Shown in pieces: positions 20,806-30,752 of a stretch of 64,000 bases of DNA. Source of the stretch: an uncultured Chloroflexia bacterium (GTDB lineage Bacteria; Chloroflexota; Limnocylindria; Limnocylindrales; CSP1-4); assembly GCA_963766735.1 (NCBI GenBank), contig CAVYBU010000004.1, positions 64,001 to 128,000 of the forward strand, written 5' to 3'. Both the position numbers and the translations under genes were made by a program. The number at the start of each line of letters is the position of its first letter. Position 1 is the stretch's first letter. The notes under the pieces were generated by a model that saw only the letters and a program-made list of their open reading frames with translations, had not been told where the DNA came from and did no database searches.

Positions 20806-21837
20806 CTAGGCGGTCACCTCGTCCAGGCGGACGGGCCGGTTCTCGCGCCAGCTCCTGGTGCAGGCCACGGCGAGGCGCAGCGTCTCGAACGCATCGTCCG
20901 GCCCCGGCTTCGGCGTGCGACCGGCCCCCAGGTCCGCGAAGAAGACCTCCAGCTCGCGCCGGTAGGCGATCTCGAAGCGGTCCATGAAGTCGCCGTAGAG
21001 GTCGCCCTCCGCGGCCACCTTGCGGAAGTGCGTCGCAGGGGTCTTCTGGCCGCCGTCCACAACCACCTTGCCCACGGCGCCCGCGACCTCGGCCCGAATG
21101 TCGTAGCCCCAGGTGGAGTGCCGGGCCGTCTCGACCACGCCCAGGGCCCCGTTGCGGAACTTCATCATGATCACGGACGTGTCCCAGTCGTCCGCCTTCG
21201 CGAAGCGGTCGTCGAACAGGACCGACGCCCAGGCATGGACCTCCTCCACCTCGCCCACCAGGAACCGGGCCACGTCGAGGTCATGGACGGACATGTCCAG
21301 GAACGAGCCGCCGCAGGTCAGCAGGAACTCGAGGGGCGGCGGATTGGTGTCCCGCGAGAGGGCGCGAAACTGCTCGATCCGGCCCAGCTCACCGCTGTCG
21401 ATCAGCTGCTTGGCTCGCTCGTAGCCGGGGTCGAAGCGGCGCATGAACCCGACCTGGACCGGGATCCCGGTCTCGCGCCAGAGATCCACGATCCGCGCGG
21501 TGTCGGCCAGCTCCTGGGCAATCGGCTTCTCGGTCCAGACCGCCTTTCCGGCGCGCAGCGCGGCCTCGATCAGCTCGGCGTGGGTCGTGGTGGGCGTGAC
21601 GATCACGACGGCGTCCACGTCAGGATCGTGAACCGCCTCCATCGGGTCGGTGGAGGCGCGCCGGGCCCGGGCGAGATCTCGCCCGCGTTCCGCCGCCCCC
21701 GCGTCCGGGTCCGCGACGACGATCACGTTCGCGTTGGGGATCGCCCCCAGGTTGCGGACGTGGACCCGGCCCATCCGGCCGGCACCGAGCACGGCCACGC
21801 CGATGTTGTTGGGATCCCTGAGCGTGAAGCTGCCCAT
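20806..21837 (-). CDS. Inositol dehydrogenase-like Gfo/Idh/MocA protein (IolG paralogue)
   Basis: GAGRMG, EKPIA, GFMRRFD, GGSFLDMSVHDLD, GYDIRAE. Confidence 0.85.
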   Translation of the reverse strand: MGSFTLRDPNNIGVAVLGAGRMGRVHVRNLGAIPNANVIVVADPDAGAAERGRDLARARRASTDPMEAVHDPDVDAVVIVTPTTTHAELIEAALRAGKAVWTEKPIAQELADTARIVDLWRETGIPVQVGFMRRFDPGYERAKQLIDSGELGRIEQFRALSRDTNPPPLEFLLTCGGSFLDMSVHDLDVARFLVGEVEEVHAWASVLFDDRFAKADDWDTSVIMMKFRNGALGVVETARHSTWGYDIRAEVAGAVGKVVVDGGQKTPATHFRKVAAEGDLYGDFMDRFEIAYRRELEVFFADLGAGRTPKPGPDDAFETLRLAVACTRSWRENRPVRLDEVTA

Positions 21838-21951
21838 CAGAACTCCTTGCGGGCCTCGTGGCCCATCAGTCTGCGTCCACGACGTCCGCCTGCACGATGC
21901 GGCTCGGGCGTGGATCCGTGAAGCGTCAGGTTCGAGGCTGCGCGGCTTCCA

Positions 21952-22836
21952 TCAGCCGGTGCCGGCTCCGACCAGCAGCGCCTCCAGGTACTCGCGGTTC
22001 TTGCGTGCCGTGATCATCGGGCTGCCCGGGGTTGTGTCCTGCTCCAGGACAAACCAACCGTCGTAGCCGCGCCCGAGCAGATTTGCCACGACCTCGGGTA
22101 CCTGCGCGATCCCCTCCCCCAGCGGCGGGAAGATGAAGGTCTTGAGCGCGGTGCCGAAGCTCCAGCCCTCGGCCCTGGCCTTCGCCAGGACCTTGCCGTC
22201 GACGTCCTTGAGGTGGATGTGGGCGACGCGGTCGCCGTACCGGTCCAGCATCGCCAGGCTGTTGCCGCCCCCGTAGGCGAGGTGCCCGATGTCCAGGCAC
22301 CAGCCCACCTTCGTCGGATCCGTCTCGTCCAGGAGGCGGGCGGTCTCCGCAGGGGTCTCGACATACGTGCCCACGTGATTGTGGAAGACGACCTTCATGC
22401 CCAGGGGCACGAGGTTGTCGGCAAGGTCGTGGAGCCCCGCGGCCAGGTTCCGCCACTGCGCGTCGGTCAGGCCGTTCGGCTCATCCACGTGCCCCGCTTC
22501 TCCGCGGCGCCGGTCATCCCCGCCCTCCGCGGCGATCAGGAGCCGGCCACCGGTGGCGTGAAGCCGGCGGGCGATCTCCATGGCCTTCGCCATCTCGGCG
22601 TCGTAGCGATCGGCATCGCGGAAGCCCAGGCCCACGAACGCGCCGACCATGTCCAGGCCGCGGGCGTCGAGCGCCTCCTTCAGCTCGGCGGGGTCCTCGG
22701 GCATGCCCGGGCCCCACTCGGTGGCGTCGTACCCGGCCTCCACGAACTCGTCCATCATCTGCCGGTACGGAAGCCAGGCCCGGTACTCCGGGACATCGGG
22801 GCTGTTCCAGTTGACGGGCGCGGTCGCGATCCTCAC
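21952..22836 (-). CDS. iolE: Myo-inosose-2 dehydratase-like TIM-barrel protein, copy 2
   Basis: RIATAPVNW, FHNHVGTYVE, LDIGH, HIHLKD, WFVLEQD; overlaps the iolD2 stop. Confidence 0.75.
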   Translation of the reverse strand: MRIATAPVNWNSPDVPEYRAWLPYRQMMDEFVEAGYDATEWGPGMPEDPAELKEALDARGLDMVGAFVGLGFRDADRYDAEMAKAMEIARRLHATGGRLLIAAEGGDDRRRGEAGHVDEPNGLTDAQWRNLAAGLHDLADNLVPLGMKVVFHNHVGTYVETPAETARLLDETDPTKVGWCLDIGHLAYGGGNSLAMLDRYGDRVAHIHLKDVDGKVLAKARAEGWSFGTALKTFIFPPLGEGIAQVPEVVANLLGRGYDGWFVLEQDTTPGSPMITARKNREYLEALLVGAGTG

Positions 22837-24719
22837 AGCAGCTCCCTCCGCTGGTTGCCCACGGCCGTCTCATACCGCTCGCGGGCGCCGCGGACTCCGT
22901 CCTGCGCGCTCACGGCAGCCGGCGGCACGTCCCACCATCCTTCGTAGCCGGGCGCCCGCTTCTCGGGCGAGACGGCGACATGGATCACGGTGATCCGGTC
23001 GGCTGCGCGGGCCGCGGCCAGGGCGGCCCGGATGTCATCCTCGGTGCGCGCGTAGAGGGCGAGGGCGCCCATCGACTCCGCGTGCTTCTTGAAATCCACC
23101 GGCACGTAGCCGCCCGTGAGGCGATTGCGCGCCGGATCGCGGAACCGCAGCTCGTTGCCGAACTGCCCGATCCCCACGCTCGCGGCGAGATCCTTGATGC
23201 ACTGGAAGCCGTGGTTGTCGAAGACGACGACCGTGATCCTGATCCCCTCGGCGACCGCGGTCACGATCTCGGAGTTGAGCATCAGGTAGGTGCCGTCGCC
23301 GATGGCGACCACCACCTCACGTTCCGGCTCGGCAAGCTTGACGCCAAGGCCGGCCGGGATCTCGTAGCCCATGCACGAGTAGCCGTACTCGAGGTGGTAG
23401 GCCTTGGAGTCCTCGGGCCGCCACAGCTTGAGCAGGTCGCCCGGAAGGCTGCCGGCGGCACAGACGACCGTGGCATGGCCGCCAACCGCGTCGTTGACGA
23501 TGCCGATGACCTCGGGCTGGGCCAGCTCCTCGGTCTCGCCGTTTGGCGTGCGGTGATAGTCGACGCGGGCGTCCCACTCGGCCTTGAGGTCCGTGACCCG
23601 TTGCCGGTACTCCGGCGAGGTGCCCGGGTGGCCGGCTTCCGCCAGCGCGGCCGTGATGGCGGTCAGCGCCTCGCGGGCATCTGCGACCACCGGCACGGAG
23701 CGGAGCTTGGCCGCGTCGAACCCGTTGACGTTGATGCCCACGAAGGACACGTCGGGATCCTGGAACTGGGCCTTGGAGGCCGTGACAAAGTCGCCCAGGC
23801 GCGTGCCGACGGCGATCACGAGGTCCGCGTCGCGCGCGAGCCGGTTGGCGGCGAGACCCCCGGCGGCGCCGACCGGGCCCGCGTTGAGGGGATGGTTCCA
23901 GGGCAGGACGCCCTTGCCCGCCTGGGACTCCGTGACCGGGATCCCGAACCTGGTGGCGAGGTCGTCGAGAGCCGCCTCCGCCCCGGAGTAGATGGCGCCA
24001 CCGCCGGCGATGATGATCGGCCGCGCGGCGGCGCGGATGAGGTCCACGACCTCAGCGACGACCGCCTCGTCCGGACGGGGCCGCCGGACGCGCCAGACAC
24101 GGCGCTCGAAGAAGCGCTCCGGCCAGTCGTAGACCTCGGACTGCACGTCCTCGGGCAGGGAGATCGTCACGGCGCCGGTCTCGGCCGGGTCGGTCAGGAC
24201 GCGGAAGGCCTCCGGGAGGCTGGACAGCAGCTGTTCGGGGCGGGAGATGCGGTCGAAGTAGCGGGAGACGGGGCGGAAGGCATCGGAGGCAGAGACGTCG
24301 CGCTCCACCGGGTGCTCGACCTGCTGGAGCACCGGGTCCGGGAGGCGGTTGGCGAAGTAGTCGCTGGGGAACAGCAGCACCGGCAACCGGTTGATGGTGG
24401 CACCCGCGGCGCCGGTGATCATGTTCGTGGCGCCCGGGCCAATGGACGAGGTGCAGGCGAACGTCTGGAGGCGGTTCTTGTGCTTCGCGTACGCGGCAGC
24501 CAGGTGCACCTGCGCCTGCTCGTTCTGCGGGCGGTAGTAGGGCATCTCGCACTCGTCGCCGAGCTCCTCGAGAGCCTGCCCCAGGCCGGCGACGTTGCCG
24601 TGCCCGAAGATGCCCCAGACACCGGCGATGAAACGGGACTGGACCCCGTCCCGCTCCACGTACTGCTCCGCCATGAAGCGGACGATCGCCTGCCCGACGG
24701 TCAGCTGAACCGTGCCCAC
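22833..24719 (-). CDS. iolD: 3D-(3,5/4)-trihydroxycyclohexane-1,2-dione acylhydrolase, copy 2
   Basis: QLTVGQA, GIFGHGN, SSIGPGATN, HLEYGYSCMGYE, GDGT; GTG start with SD GAGGAG. Confidence 0.93.
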   Translation of the reverse strand: MGTVQLTVGQAIVRFMAEQYVERDGVQSRFIAGVWGIFGHGNVAGLGQALEELGDECEMPYYRPQNEQAQVHLAAAYAKHKNRLQTFACTSSIGPGATNMITGAAGATINRLPVLLFPSDYFANRLPDPVLQQVEHPVERDVSASDAFRPVSRYFDRISRPEQLLSSLPEAFRVLTDPAETGAVTISLPEDVQSEVYDWPERFFERRVWRVRRPRPDEAVVAEVVDLIRAAARPIIIAGGGAIYSGAEAALDDLATRFGIPVTESQAGKGVLPWNHPLNAGPVGAAGGLAANRLARDADLVIAVGTRLGDFVTASKAQFQDPDVSFVGINVNGFDAAKLRSVPVVADAREALTAITAALAEAGHPGTSPEYRQRVTDLKAEWDARVDYHRTPNGETEELAQPEVIGIVNDAVGGHATVVCAAGSLPGDLLKLWRPEDSKAYHLEYGYSCMGYEIPAGLGVKLAEPEREVVVAIGDGTYLMLNSEIVTAVAEGIRITVVVFDNHGFQCIKDLAASVGIGQFGNELRFRDPARNRLTGGYVPVDFKKHAESMGALALYARTEDDIRAALAAARAADRITVIHVAVSPEKRAPGYEGWWDVPPAAVSAQDGVRGARERYETAVGNQRRELL

Positions 24720-24787
24720 TGATCGCTCCTCTCGACTCACTCGAACCCACCTGGCTCACTCGACCGGGATAGATCGTCTCATACCGT

Positions 24788-24799
24788 GCAATCGATTAC
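24788..24799. promoter_or_regulatory. LacI-type operator GCAATCGATTAC
   Basis: Between divergent iolD2 and the trehalose cassette. Confidence 0.72.
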
Positions 24800-24992
24800 A
24801 AGGTCCAGGGACCCCGGCAGGACCGCCGATGCCCATAGGCTAGTATTGGAGTCCTGCCGCTGTGCGCCGTTCCCGCTGTCCCCGGCCCGGCCCCAAGGAG
24901 ATCACGATGCCCAGGCTGCGATCGGCACAACGTTCCACGAGGGACTCGCTGCCGACGGGACCCGGGCAGGCGGCCGAGGCACGGGCCTTGGG

Positions 24993-25643
24993 ATGACCCG
25001 TCCCTTCGTGTTCTGGGGCTGCCACGAGATCCGCGAGAACCTCGGCGTGCGCGCGGACACCGTGCTTGAGCTCGCGGAGCACCTCCGGACGATCGACTCG
25101 GATTCGATCTTCTACCACTCCGTCCGGTGCCTGATGCGCCACCAGGCCGGCCGCAATGCCTATCCCGACGACTTCGCCCGCTGGGTCGCGCAGGAGGCGG
25201 GCGACCCGGAGCTGGCCGAGCGACTGGCCCTGTTCTCGCCCTTCGACCTGCCATCGATCGAGGACTTCCGGGCGCACCTCATCGCCATCATCGAGGATCA
25301 CCTCGACTCCTCACCCGTTGCCCGGGTCACCGCCCGGACGCCGTTCCGCTTCCTGCGGGGGCACATGGCCACGCTGCCCATCGGGCTCGACGCCGATGAC
25401 CTCTCAACCCTCCGGGCCGGTCTGGCAGCGGTTGACGAGAGCTCCATCTACTTCCACACGGTGGAGTCGCCCGGTGAGCGGGGCGATTGGCGCAACGACA
25501 TCGCCGCCTGGGTGGACGCGGACCTCGGGCTGCCCACCCTGACCATCCGCCTTGCGGAGGTGGACCCGTTCGTGGCCGGCCTGGGACACACCAGGAGCCT
25601 GCTCCTCGCGGCGATCGACGGCTACTCAGGCGAGACGGCATGA
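24993..25643 (+). CDS. DUF5752-like protein associated with trehalose synthase
   Basis: Internal duplication (SIFYH..DDFARWV / SIYFH..NDIAAWV); stop overlaps the treT start. Confidence 0.7.
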   Translation: MTRPFVFWGCHEIRENLGVRADTVLELAEHLRTIDSDSIFYHSVRCLMRHQAGRNAYPDDFARWVAQEAGDPELAERLALFSPFDLPSIEDFRAHLIAIIEDHLDSSPVARVTARTPFRFLRGHMATLPIGLDADDLSTLRAGLAAVDESSIYFHTVESPGERGDWRNDIAAWVDADLGLPTLTIRLAEVDPFVAGLGHTRSLLLAAIDGYSGETA

Positions 25644-26902
25644 CGATGCCCCGCAGGGACCCCACCCGCACCGGTTCGGGGATGGGCGCCGCGTCTCATC
25701 CGCTCGCACAGTACGAGGGCCTGGCCGCGCCTGGGACCCTTCGACTGGCAAGGCACCTGGCCGGGGACCTCGCCGGACACTCGTTCCTGCACATCAACGC
25801 GACCAAGCGGGGCGGAGGCGTCGCGGAGATCCTCGAGCGCATCCTGCCACTCCTGGACGAACTCGGGATCCGGACCCGCTGGGAGGTGATCAGCGGGGAG
25901 CCCGAGTTCTACGTCGCCACGAAGAGGATGCACAACGCCCTCCAGGGCTCGAAGGAGCCGCTGACCACCGCGGACCAGGAGGTCTACAACGAGACGAACC
26001 GGCAGGCGATCGGGACGCTTGACCTGGACGCCGAGCTGGCGATGATCCACGATCCCCAGCCTGCGGGGCTGATCGACGGCCGGCCGAACGGTGCCCGATG
26101 GATCTGGCGCTGCCACATCGACCTCTCCGCCCCCCAACGCGCGGCGTGGGGGTTCCTCGAGCCGAACGTCGCCCGCTATGACGGCACGGTCTTCCACCTC
26201 GCTGCCTTCGCCCGAAGGCTCCCCGTCCCCACGTACCTGATCCACCCGAGCATCGACCCGCTGTCGGCCAAGAACCGGGAGATGGCGCGCCCGGAGGTCG
26301 AGCGCCGCCTGGAGGCGATGGGCGTCCCGTTCGATCGGCCACTGATCGTCCAGGTCTCGCGGTTCGACCCGTTCAAGGACCCGGTCGGCGTGATCGACGC
26401 GTACCGGCTGGTCCGCAGGTTCCAGGACGCCGTCCTCGTCCTGGCGGGCGGGTCCGCGGACGACGACCCGGAGGGCGCGGAGGTGCTGGCCCGGGTCAGG
26501 GAGGCGGCGAACGGCGAGCCCGACATCCACGTGCTCGAGCTTCCGCCCGATGCCCACGAGGACATCAACGCCCTCCAGACGGCCGCCACGGTCGTGGTCC
26601 AGAAGTCTCTCCGGGAAGGCTTCGGCCTGACCGTGGCCGAGGCGATGTGGAAGGGCAAGGCGGTCGTCGGCGGCGCCGTCGGCGGGGTCGCCGTCCAGAT
26701 CGAGGACGGGGTGACGGGTCTCCTCGTCCACTCGGTGGAGGGGGCGGCGTATGCGCTGCGTCGCCTGCTGGGAGACGCCGAGCTGCGGGATGGCATGGGT
26801 GCGCTGGCCCGGGAGCACGCTCGGCGGAACATCCTCATCACCCGGCACCTGGTGGACTACCTGCTCCTGCTCCGCCTCCAGCTGGAGGCATCCCGTGGCT
26901 GA
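25640..26902 (+). CDS. treT: Trehalose synthase (GT4 glycosyltransferase)
   Basis: INATKRGGGVAEIL, HNALQG, IHDPQP, WRCHID, QVSRFDPFKD, QKSLREGFGLTVAEAMWK. Confidence 0.88.
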   Translation: MTMPRRDPTRTGSGMGAASHPLAQYEGLAAPGTLRLARHLAGDLAGHSFLHINATKRGGGVAEILERILPLLDELGIRTRWEVISGEPEFYVATKRMHNALQGSKEPLTTADQEVYNETNRQAIGTLDLDAELAMIHDPQPAGLIDGRPNGARWIWRCHIDLSAPQRAAWGFLEPNVARYDGTVFHLAAFARRLPVPTYLIHPSIDPLSAKNREMARPEVERRLEAMGVPFDRPLIVQVSRFDPFKDPVGVIDAYRLVRRFQDAVLVLAGGSADDDPEGAEVLARVREAANGEPDIHVLELPPDAHEDINALQTAATVVVQKSLREGFGLTVAEAMWKGKAVVGGAVGGVAVQIEDGVTGLLVHSVEGAAYALRRLLGDAELRDGMGALAREHARRNILITRHLVDYLLLLRLQLEASRG

Positions 26903-29120
26903 CCGCCTGGTCGTGGTCGCGAACCGACTGCCCCTCACCGTGCGGCGGACCGGTGGGCGGTGGCATGGTGAGCGAAGCAGCGGCGGGCTCGTCGCGGCGC
27001 TCTCGCCGGTCCTGGAGCGGGTCGAGGGCCTGTGGATCGGCTGGCCGGGCGATGCCCTCTCGGGCGATCTCACGGGACGGGCAGAGCTCCTGGAGTCGCT
27101 GGAGCGCGAGCAGTCGCTCGCGTCCGTGGACCTGCCCCCGAAGATCAGCCGGGCGTTCTACGAGGGATACAGCAACAACACCCTGTGGCCGCTCCTGCAC
27201 GGGTTCCCGTCCCGGGTGACGTTCGATCGGGAGGCCTACCATGCCTATCGTGACGCGAACGGCCGGTTTGCAGCCGCCGTGCTGGACCGGCTTCGGCCGG
27301 ACGACCTCGTCTGGGTGCACGACTACCAGCTCATGCTCGTGCCGAACCTCCTCCGCGAGCAGCGGCCCGACGTGCGCGTCGCGTTCTTCCTCCACATCCC
27401 GTTCCCGCCGCCGGAGGTCTTCCGGATCCTTCCCCAGCGCGAGGAGCTCCTGACCGGGCTGCTCGGAGCGGACGTCATCGGCTTCCAGACGCACGAGCAC
27501 CTCGGGGCCTTCCGACGGGCCCTCCTGCAGGTCCTGGGCATCGAGAGCCGCATGGATCGGGTCGAGATCGACGGACGAACCGTCGCGCTGGAGGCTCGGC
27601 CGATCGGGATCGTGCCCGACGAATGGGAGCGGCTCGTGACCGCCGACGCCGATGTTGCCCGCCGGATCCGCGAGATCCATGGCCGCCACGCCGGGCGGAA
27701 GCTCGTCTTCGCCGTCGACCGCCTTGACTACACGAAAGGGATCCCGGAGCGTCTCCGCACGTTCCACCATTTCCTGGTCTCGCGGCCGGAATGGCGGGGC
27801 AAGGTGACGCTGATCCAGGTGGCCGTCCCGTCGCGAGAGCGGATCGCGAGGTACGCGGCGCTTCGGCGCGAAGTCAACGAGGTGGTCGGCGAGATCAACG
27901 GCGAGCTCGGTACCGCGGAGTGGAATCCCATCATCTACCTCCGCCGCTCGGTGTCGCGTGCGGAGCTTGCAGCCTTGTATGCGGCCGCAGACGTCGGCTG
28001 GGTCGCGTCGCTCCGGGACGGCATGAACCTCGTGGCCAAGGAGTTCGTGGCCTGCCAGCAGGACCGGGCGGGGGTCCTGCTGCTGAGCGAGTTCGCGGGC
28101 GCGGCCGGTGAGATGGGCGAAGCGATCCGGGTCAATCCCTACGATGAGACCGGCTCCGCCGCTGCGCTCGAGCGAGCTCTGACGATGACCGACGAGGAGC
28201 GCCGGGAGCGGCAGGAGGCCCTGCTGTATCGCGTCCGCCAGAACAGCGCGGTCGCCTGGGCGGAGCGATCCGTGGCGGACCTCGAGCGGACCGTCGCCGA
28301 GCGGAGCCTGAGCCCCGGGGCAATCCCAGCTCCTCCGATCGTGGAGATCCGTCGCGCCTACCGGGCCGCGGCTCACCGCGCCTGCTATCTCGACTACGAC
28401 GGCACCCTCACCCCCCTCGTTGCCCGCCCGGCCGATGCGGTACCCGGGCCGGCGGTCGTCGACATCGTCACGGCGTTGGCGCGCAACCGAAAGACGACGC
28501 TCGTCATCGTCTCGGGCCGGCCCGCCGCAGATCTCGAACGCTGGTTCGGCCACGTCGAGGGGGCATGGCTTGCAGCGGAGCACGGGGCCCTGCTCCGGGA
28601 GCCCGGAGGACACGATTGGCGCCCGCTTCGACCGGGAGCCGACAACGAGTGGAAGTCCCGCGTTCGACCGGTGCTGGACCACTTTGCCGAGCGCGCCCCG
28701 GGGAGCAGGGTCGAGGAGAAGGAGTACGCGCTGGCCTGGCACTTCCGGCTGGTCGAACGGGAGTTCGGCGACTGGCTGGCGAACGAGCTCGCGGTGGCGC
28801 TCGACCAGCAGCTGGCTGGCACCGAGCTCGCCGTGCTCCGCGGCAACAAGGTCGTCGAGGTCCGTTTCGCGTGGGCGAACAAGGGCGAGGTGGCCGCTCA
28901 CGTCCGTGCGGCAGGTCCAACGCCGGCGTTCGAGATCGCGATCGGCGATGACCGGACGGACGAAGACCTGTTCGAGCGCCTCCCCGAGGAGGCCTACACG
29001 ATCCGCGTCGGGCCCGGCTCCACCAGGGCGCGCTTCCGCATCGCCGGTCCGGAGGCTGTGATCGGGCTGCTGGCCAGCATCGTCGCCCGGCGCACCGGGG
29101 GCGCCGCTCCAGGTCCCTGA
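26895..29120 (+). CDS. otsAB: Bifunctional trehalose-6-phosphate synthase/phosphatase
   Basis: [39 protein letters not shown]; C-terminal HAD domain [15 protein letters not shown]. Confidence 0.92.
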   Translation: MADRLVVVANRLPLTVRRTGGRWHGERSSGGLVAALSPVLERVEGLWIGWPGDALSGDLTGRAELLESLEREQSLASVDLPPKISRAFYEGYSNNTLWPLLHGFPSRVTFDREAYHAYRDANGRFAAAVLDRLRPDDLVWVHDYQLMLVPNLLREQRPDVRVAFFLHIPFPPPEVFRILPQREELLTGLLGADVIGFQTHEHLGAFRRALLQVLGIESRMDRVEIDGRTVALEARPIGIVPDEWERLVTADADVARRIREIHGRHAGRKLVFAVDRLDYTKGIPERLRTFHHFLVSRPEWRGKVTLIQVAVPSRERIARYAALRREVNEVVGEINGELGTAEWNPIIYLRRSVSRAELAALYAAADVGWVASLRDGMNLVAKEFVACQQDRAGVLLLSEFAGAAGEMGEAIRVNPYDETGSAAALERALTMTDEERRERQEALLYRVRQNSAVAWAERSVADLERTVAERSLSPGAIPAPPIVEIRRAYRAAAHRACYLDYDGTLTPLVARPADAVPGPAVVDIVTALARNRKTTLVIVSGRPAADLERWFGHVEGAWLAAEHGALLREPGGHDWRPLRPGADNEWKSRVRPVLDHFAERAPGSRVEEKEYALAWHFRLVEREFGDWLANELAVALDQQLAGTELAVLRGNKVVEVRFAWANKGEVAAHVRAAGPTPAFEIAIGDDRTDEDLFERLPEEAYTIRVGPGSTRARFRIAGPEAVIGLLASIVARRTGGAAPGP

Positions 29121-29129
29121 ACATGCAGA

Positions 29130-29164
29130 AGCCGGCCCCGGACCCGAGGGTCGCGAGGCCGGCT
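29130..29164. terminator. Hairpin between convergent otsAB and iolA
   Basis: AGCCGGCC...GGCCGGCT outer stem with GACCC/GGGTC inner stem. Confidence 0.5.
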
Positions 29165-29178
29165 CCGTGCGGCAGGTC

Positions 29179-30705
29179 CTAGGAGTTGCCGGGGAAGACC
29201 AGGCTCAGCGGCCCCTGCTTGCCGGGCTCGGGCCAGCGCTCGGTGACCATCTTCTGCTGGGTGAAGAAGCGGACACCGTCCTCACCGCGCATGGCCATGT
29301 CGCCGATCGCCGATTCCTTGGCGCCCGAGAAGCTCATGTAGCCGGCCGGGACCGGGATCGGCACGTTGACGCCGATCATCGGGACCTCGACCTCGAGCTT
29401 GAACCGCCGGGCCGCGCCGCCGTCGGTCGTGAACACCGCGGTGCCGTTGGCGTACTTGTGGTCGTTGATGAGCTTGAGGCCTTCCTCGAACGTGTCGGCG
29501 TACACGATTCCGAAGACCGGGCCGAAGATCTCCTCCTGGTAGACCTGCATGCTCGGGGTGACGTGGTCGAACAGCGTCACGCCGAGGAAGAAGCCATCGG
29601 GATTGGGACCCTCGAACGTCCGGCCGTCGACCAGGAGCTCGGCTCCCTCCGCCTCGCCGACGCCGATCCACTTGATGATCGACTCGCGGTGGTCGTTGCT
29701 GTAGATCGGGCCCATGTCGACGCCCGCGTCCATGCCGTTGCCGATCTTGAGCCGTGCGATCCGCTCCATGATCTTGGGCTTGAGGCGCTCGCCGGTGTCG
29801 CCGACCGCGATCAGCAACGTCTGGGCCATGCAACGCTCGCCGGCGGAGCCGAAGCCCGCCGCGACCGCCGCGTCCGCGGCAAGATCCATGTCCGCGTCCG
29901 GCAGGACGAGCATCGCGTTCTTGGCGCTGGTGTAGGACCCGACGCGCTTGCCGCGCTTGGTCCCCTCCTCGTAGACATACCGGCCGACGGCCGTGGAGCC
30001 GACGAACTGGATCGCGCGGATGTCCTCGTGCTCGACGATCGCCTTGACCGCCTCCCGGCCCCCATAGACGACGTTCAAGGTGCCGTCGGGGCCACCGGCC
30101 TGCGTCCACAGCTCGGCCTGGAGCTGCGTGGCGCCGGGCGTGTGGGAGGACGGCTTGAAGACGACCGTGTTCCCGCACATCAGGGCGATCGGGTAGATCC
30201 AGGTCGGGACCATCACCGGGAAGTTGAACGGCGTGATCGCCGCCACCACGCCCAGCGGCTGGCGCAACGTGAACGCGTCCACGTTGGTGGAGACATTGGG
30301 GCTCATCATGCCGGCCAGGTGGCCCGGCAGGCCGCACGCGAAGTCCACGGTCTCCAGGCCGCGGAGGACCTCGGCCAGGGCATCCGGGAAGGTCTTGCCG
30401 TGGTCGCGCGTGATGAGCGCGGCCAGCTCTTCGCGATGCTCGTACATGAGGCCGCGGAACGCGAAGAAGATGTTGGAGCGGGCGATGAGCGGCATGTCGC
30501 GCCAGGCCGGGAAGGCAGCCTTCGCAGCGGCCACCGCCTGGTCGACCTCTGCCACGCCACCGCGCGGCACGCGGGCGAAGACCTGACCGGTCGCCGGGTT
30601 GGTGATGGGGCCGGTCTGGTCGGGCAGGACCTCGACGGCCGTGCCGTTGATCCAGTGCGAGAGGATCGGCAGGACCGCCGTCTGGTCAGGAGTTTCGATC
30701 GCCAC
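29179..30705 (-). CDS. iolA: CoA-acylating (methyl)malonate-semialdehyde dehydrogenase
   Basis: ITPFNFP, FVGST, AKN, GSAGERCMA, EEIFGP, GVNVPIPVP. Confidence 0.92.
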   Translation of the reverse strand: MAIETPDQTAVLPILSHWINGTAVEVLPDQTGPITNPATGQVFARVPRGGVAEVDQAVAAAKAAFPAWRDMPLIARSNIFFAFRGLMYEHREELAALITRDHGKTFPDALAEVLRGLETVDFACGLPGHLAGMMSPNVSTNVDAFTLRQPLGVVAAITPFNFPVMVPTWIYPIALMCGNTVVFKPSSHTPGATQLQAELWTQAGGPDGTLNVVYGGREAVKAIVEHEDIRAIQFVGSTAVGRYVYEEGTKRGKRVGSYTSAKNAMLVLPDADMDLAADAAVAAGFGSAGERCMAQTLLIAVGDTGERLKPKIMERIARLKIGNGMDAGVDMGPIYSNDHRESIIKWIGVGEAEGAELLVDGRTFEGPNPDGFFLGVTLFDHVTPSMQVYQEEIFGPVFGIVYADTFEEGLKLINDHKYANGTAVFTTDGGAARRFKLEVEVPMIGVNVPIPVPAGYMSFSGAKESAIGDMAMRGEDGVRFFTQQKMVTERWPEPGKQGPLSLVFPGNS

Positions 30706-30752
30706 GTGCTGTGCCTCCGGTGTGATGTGGGTCCGAGAGATGGAGTTTCGGG

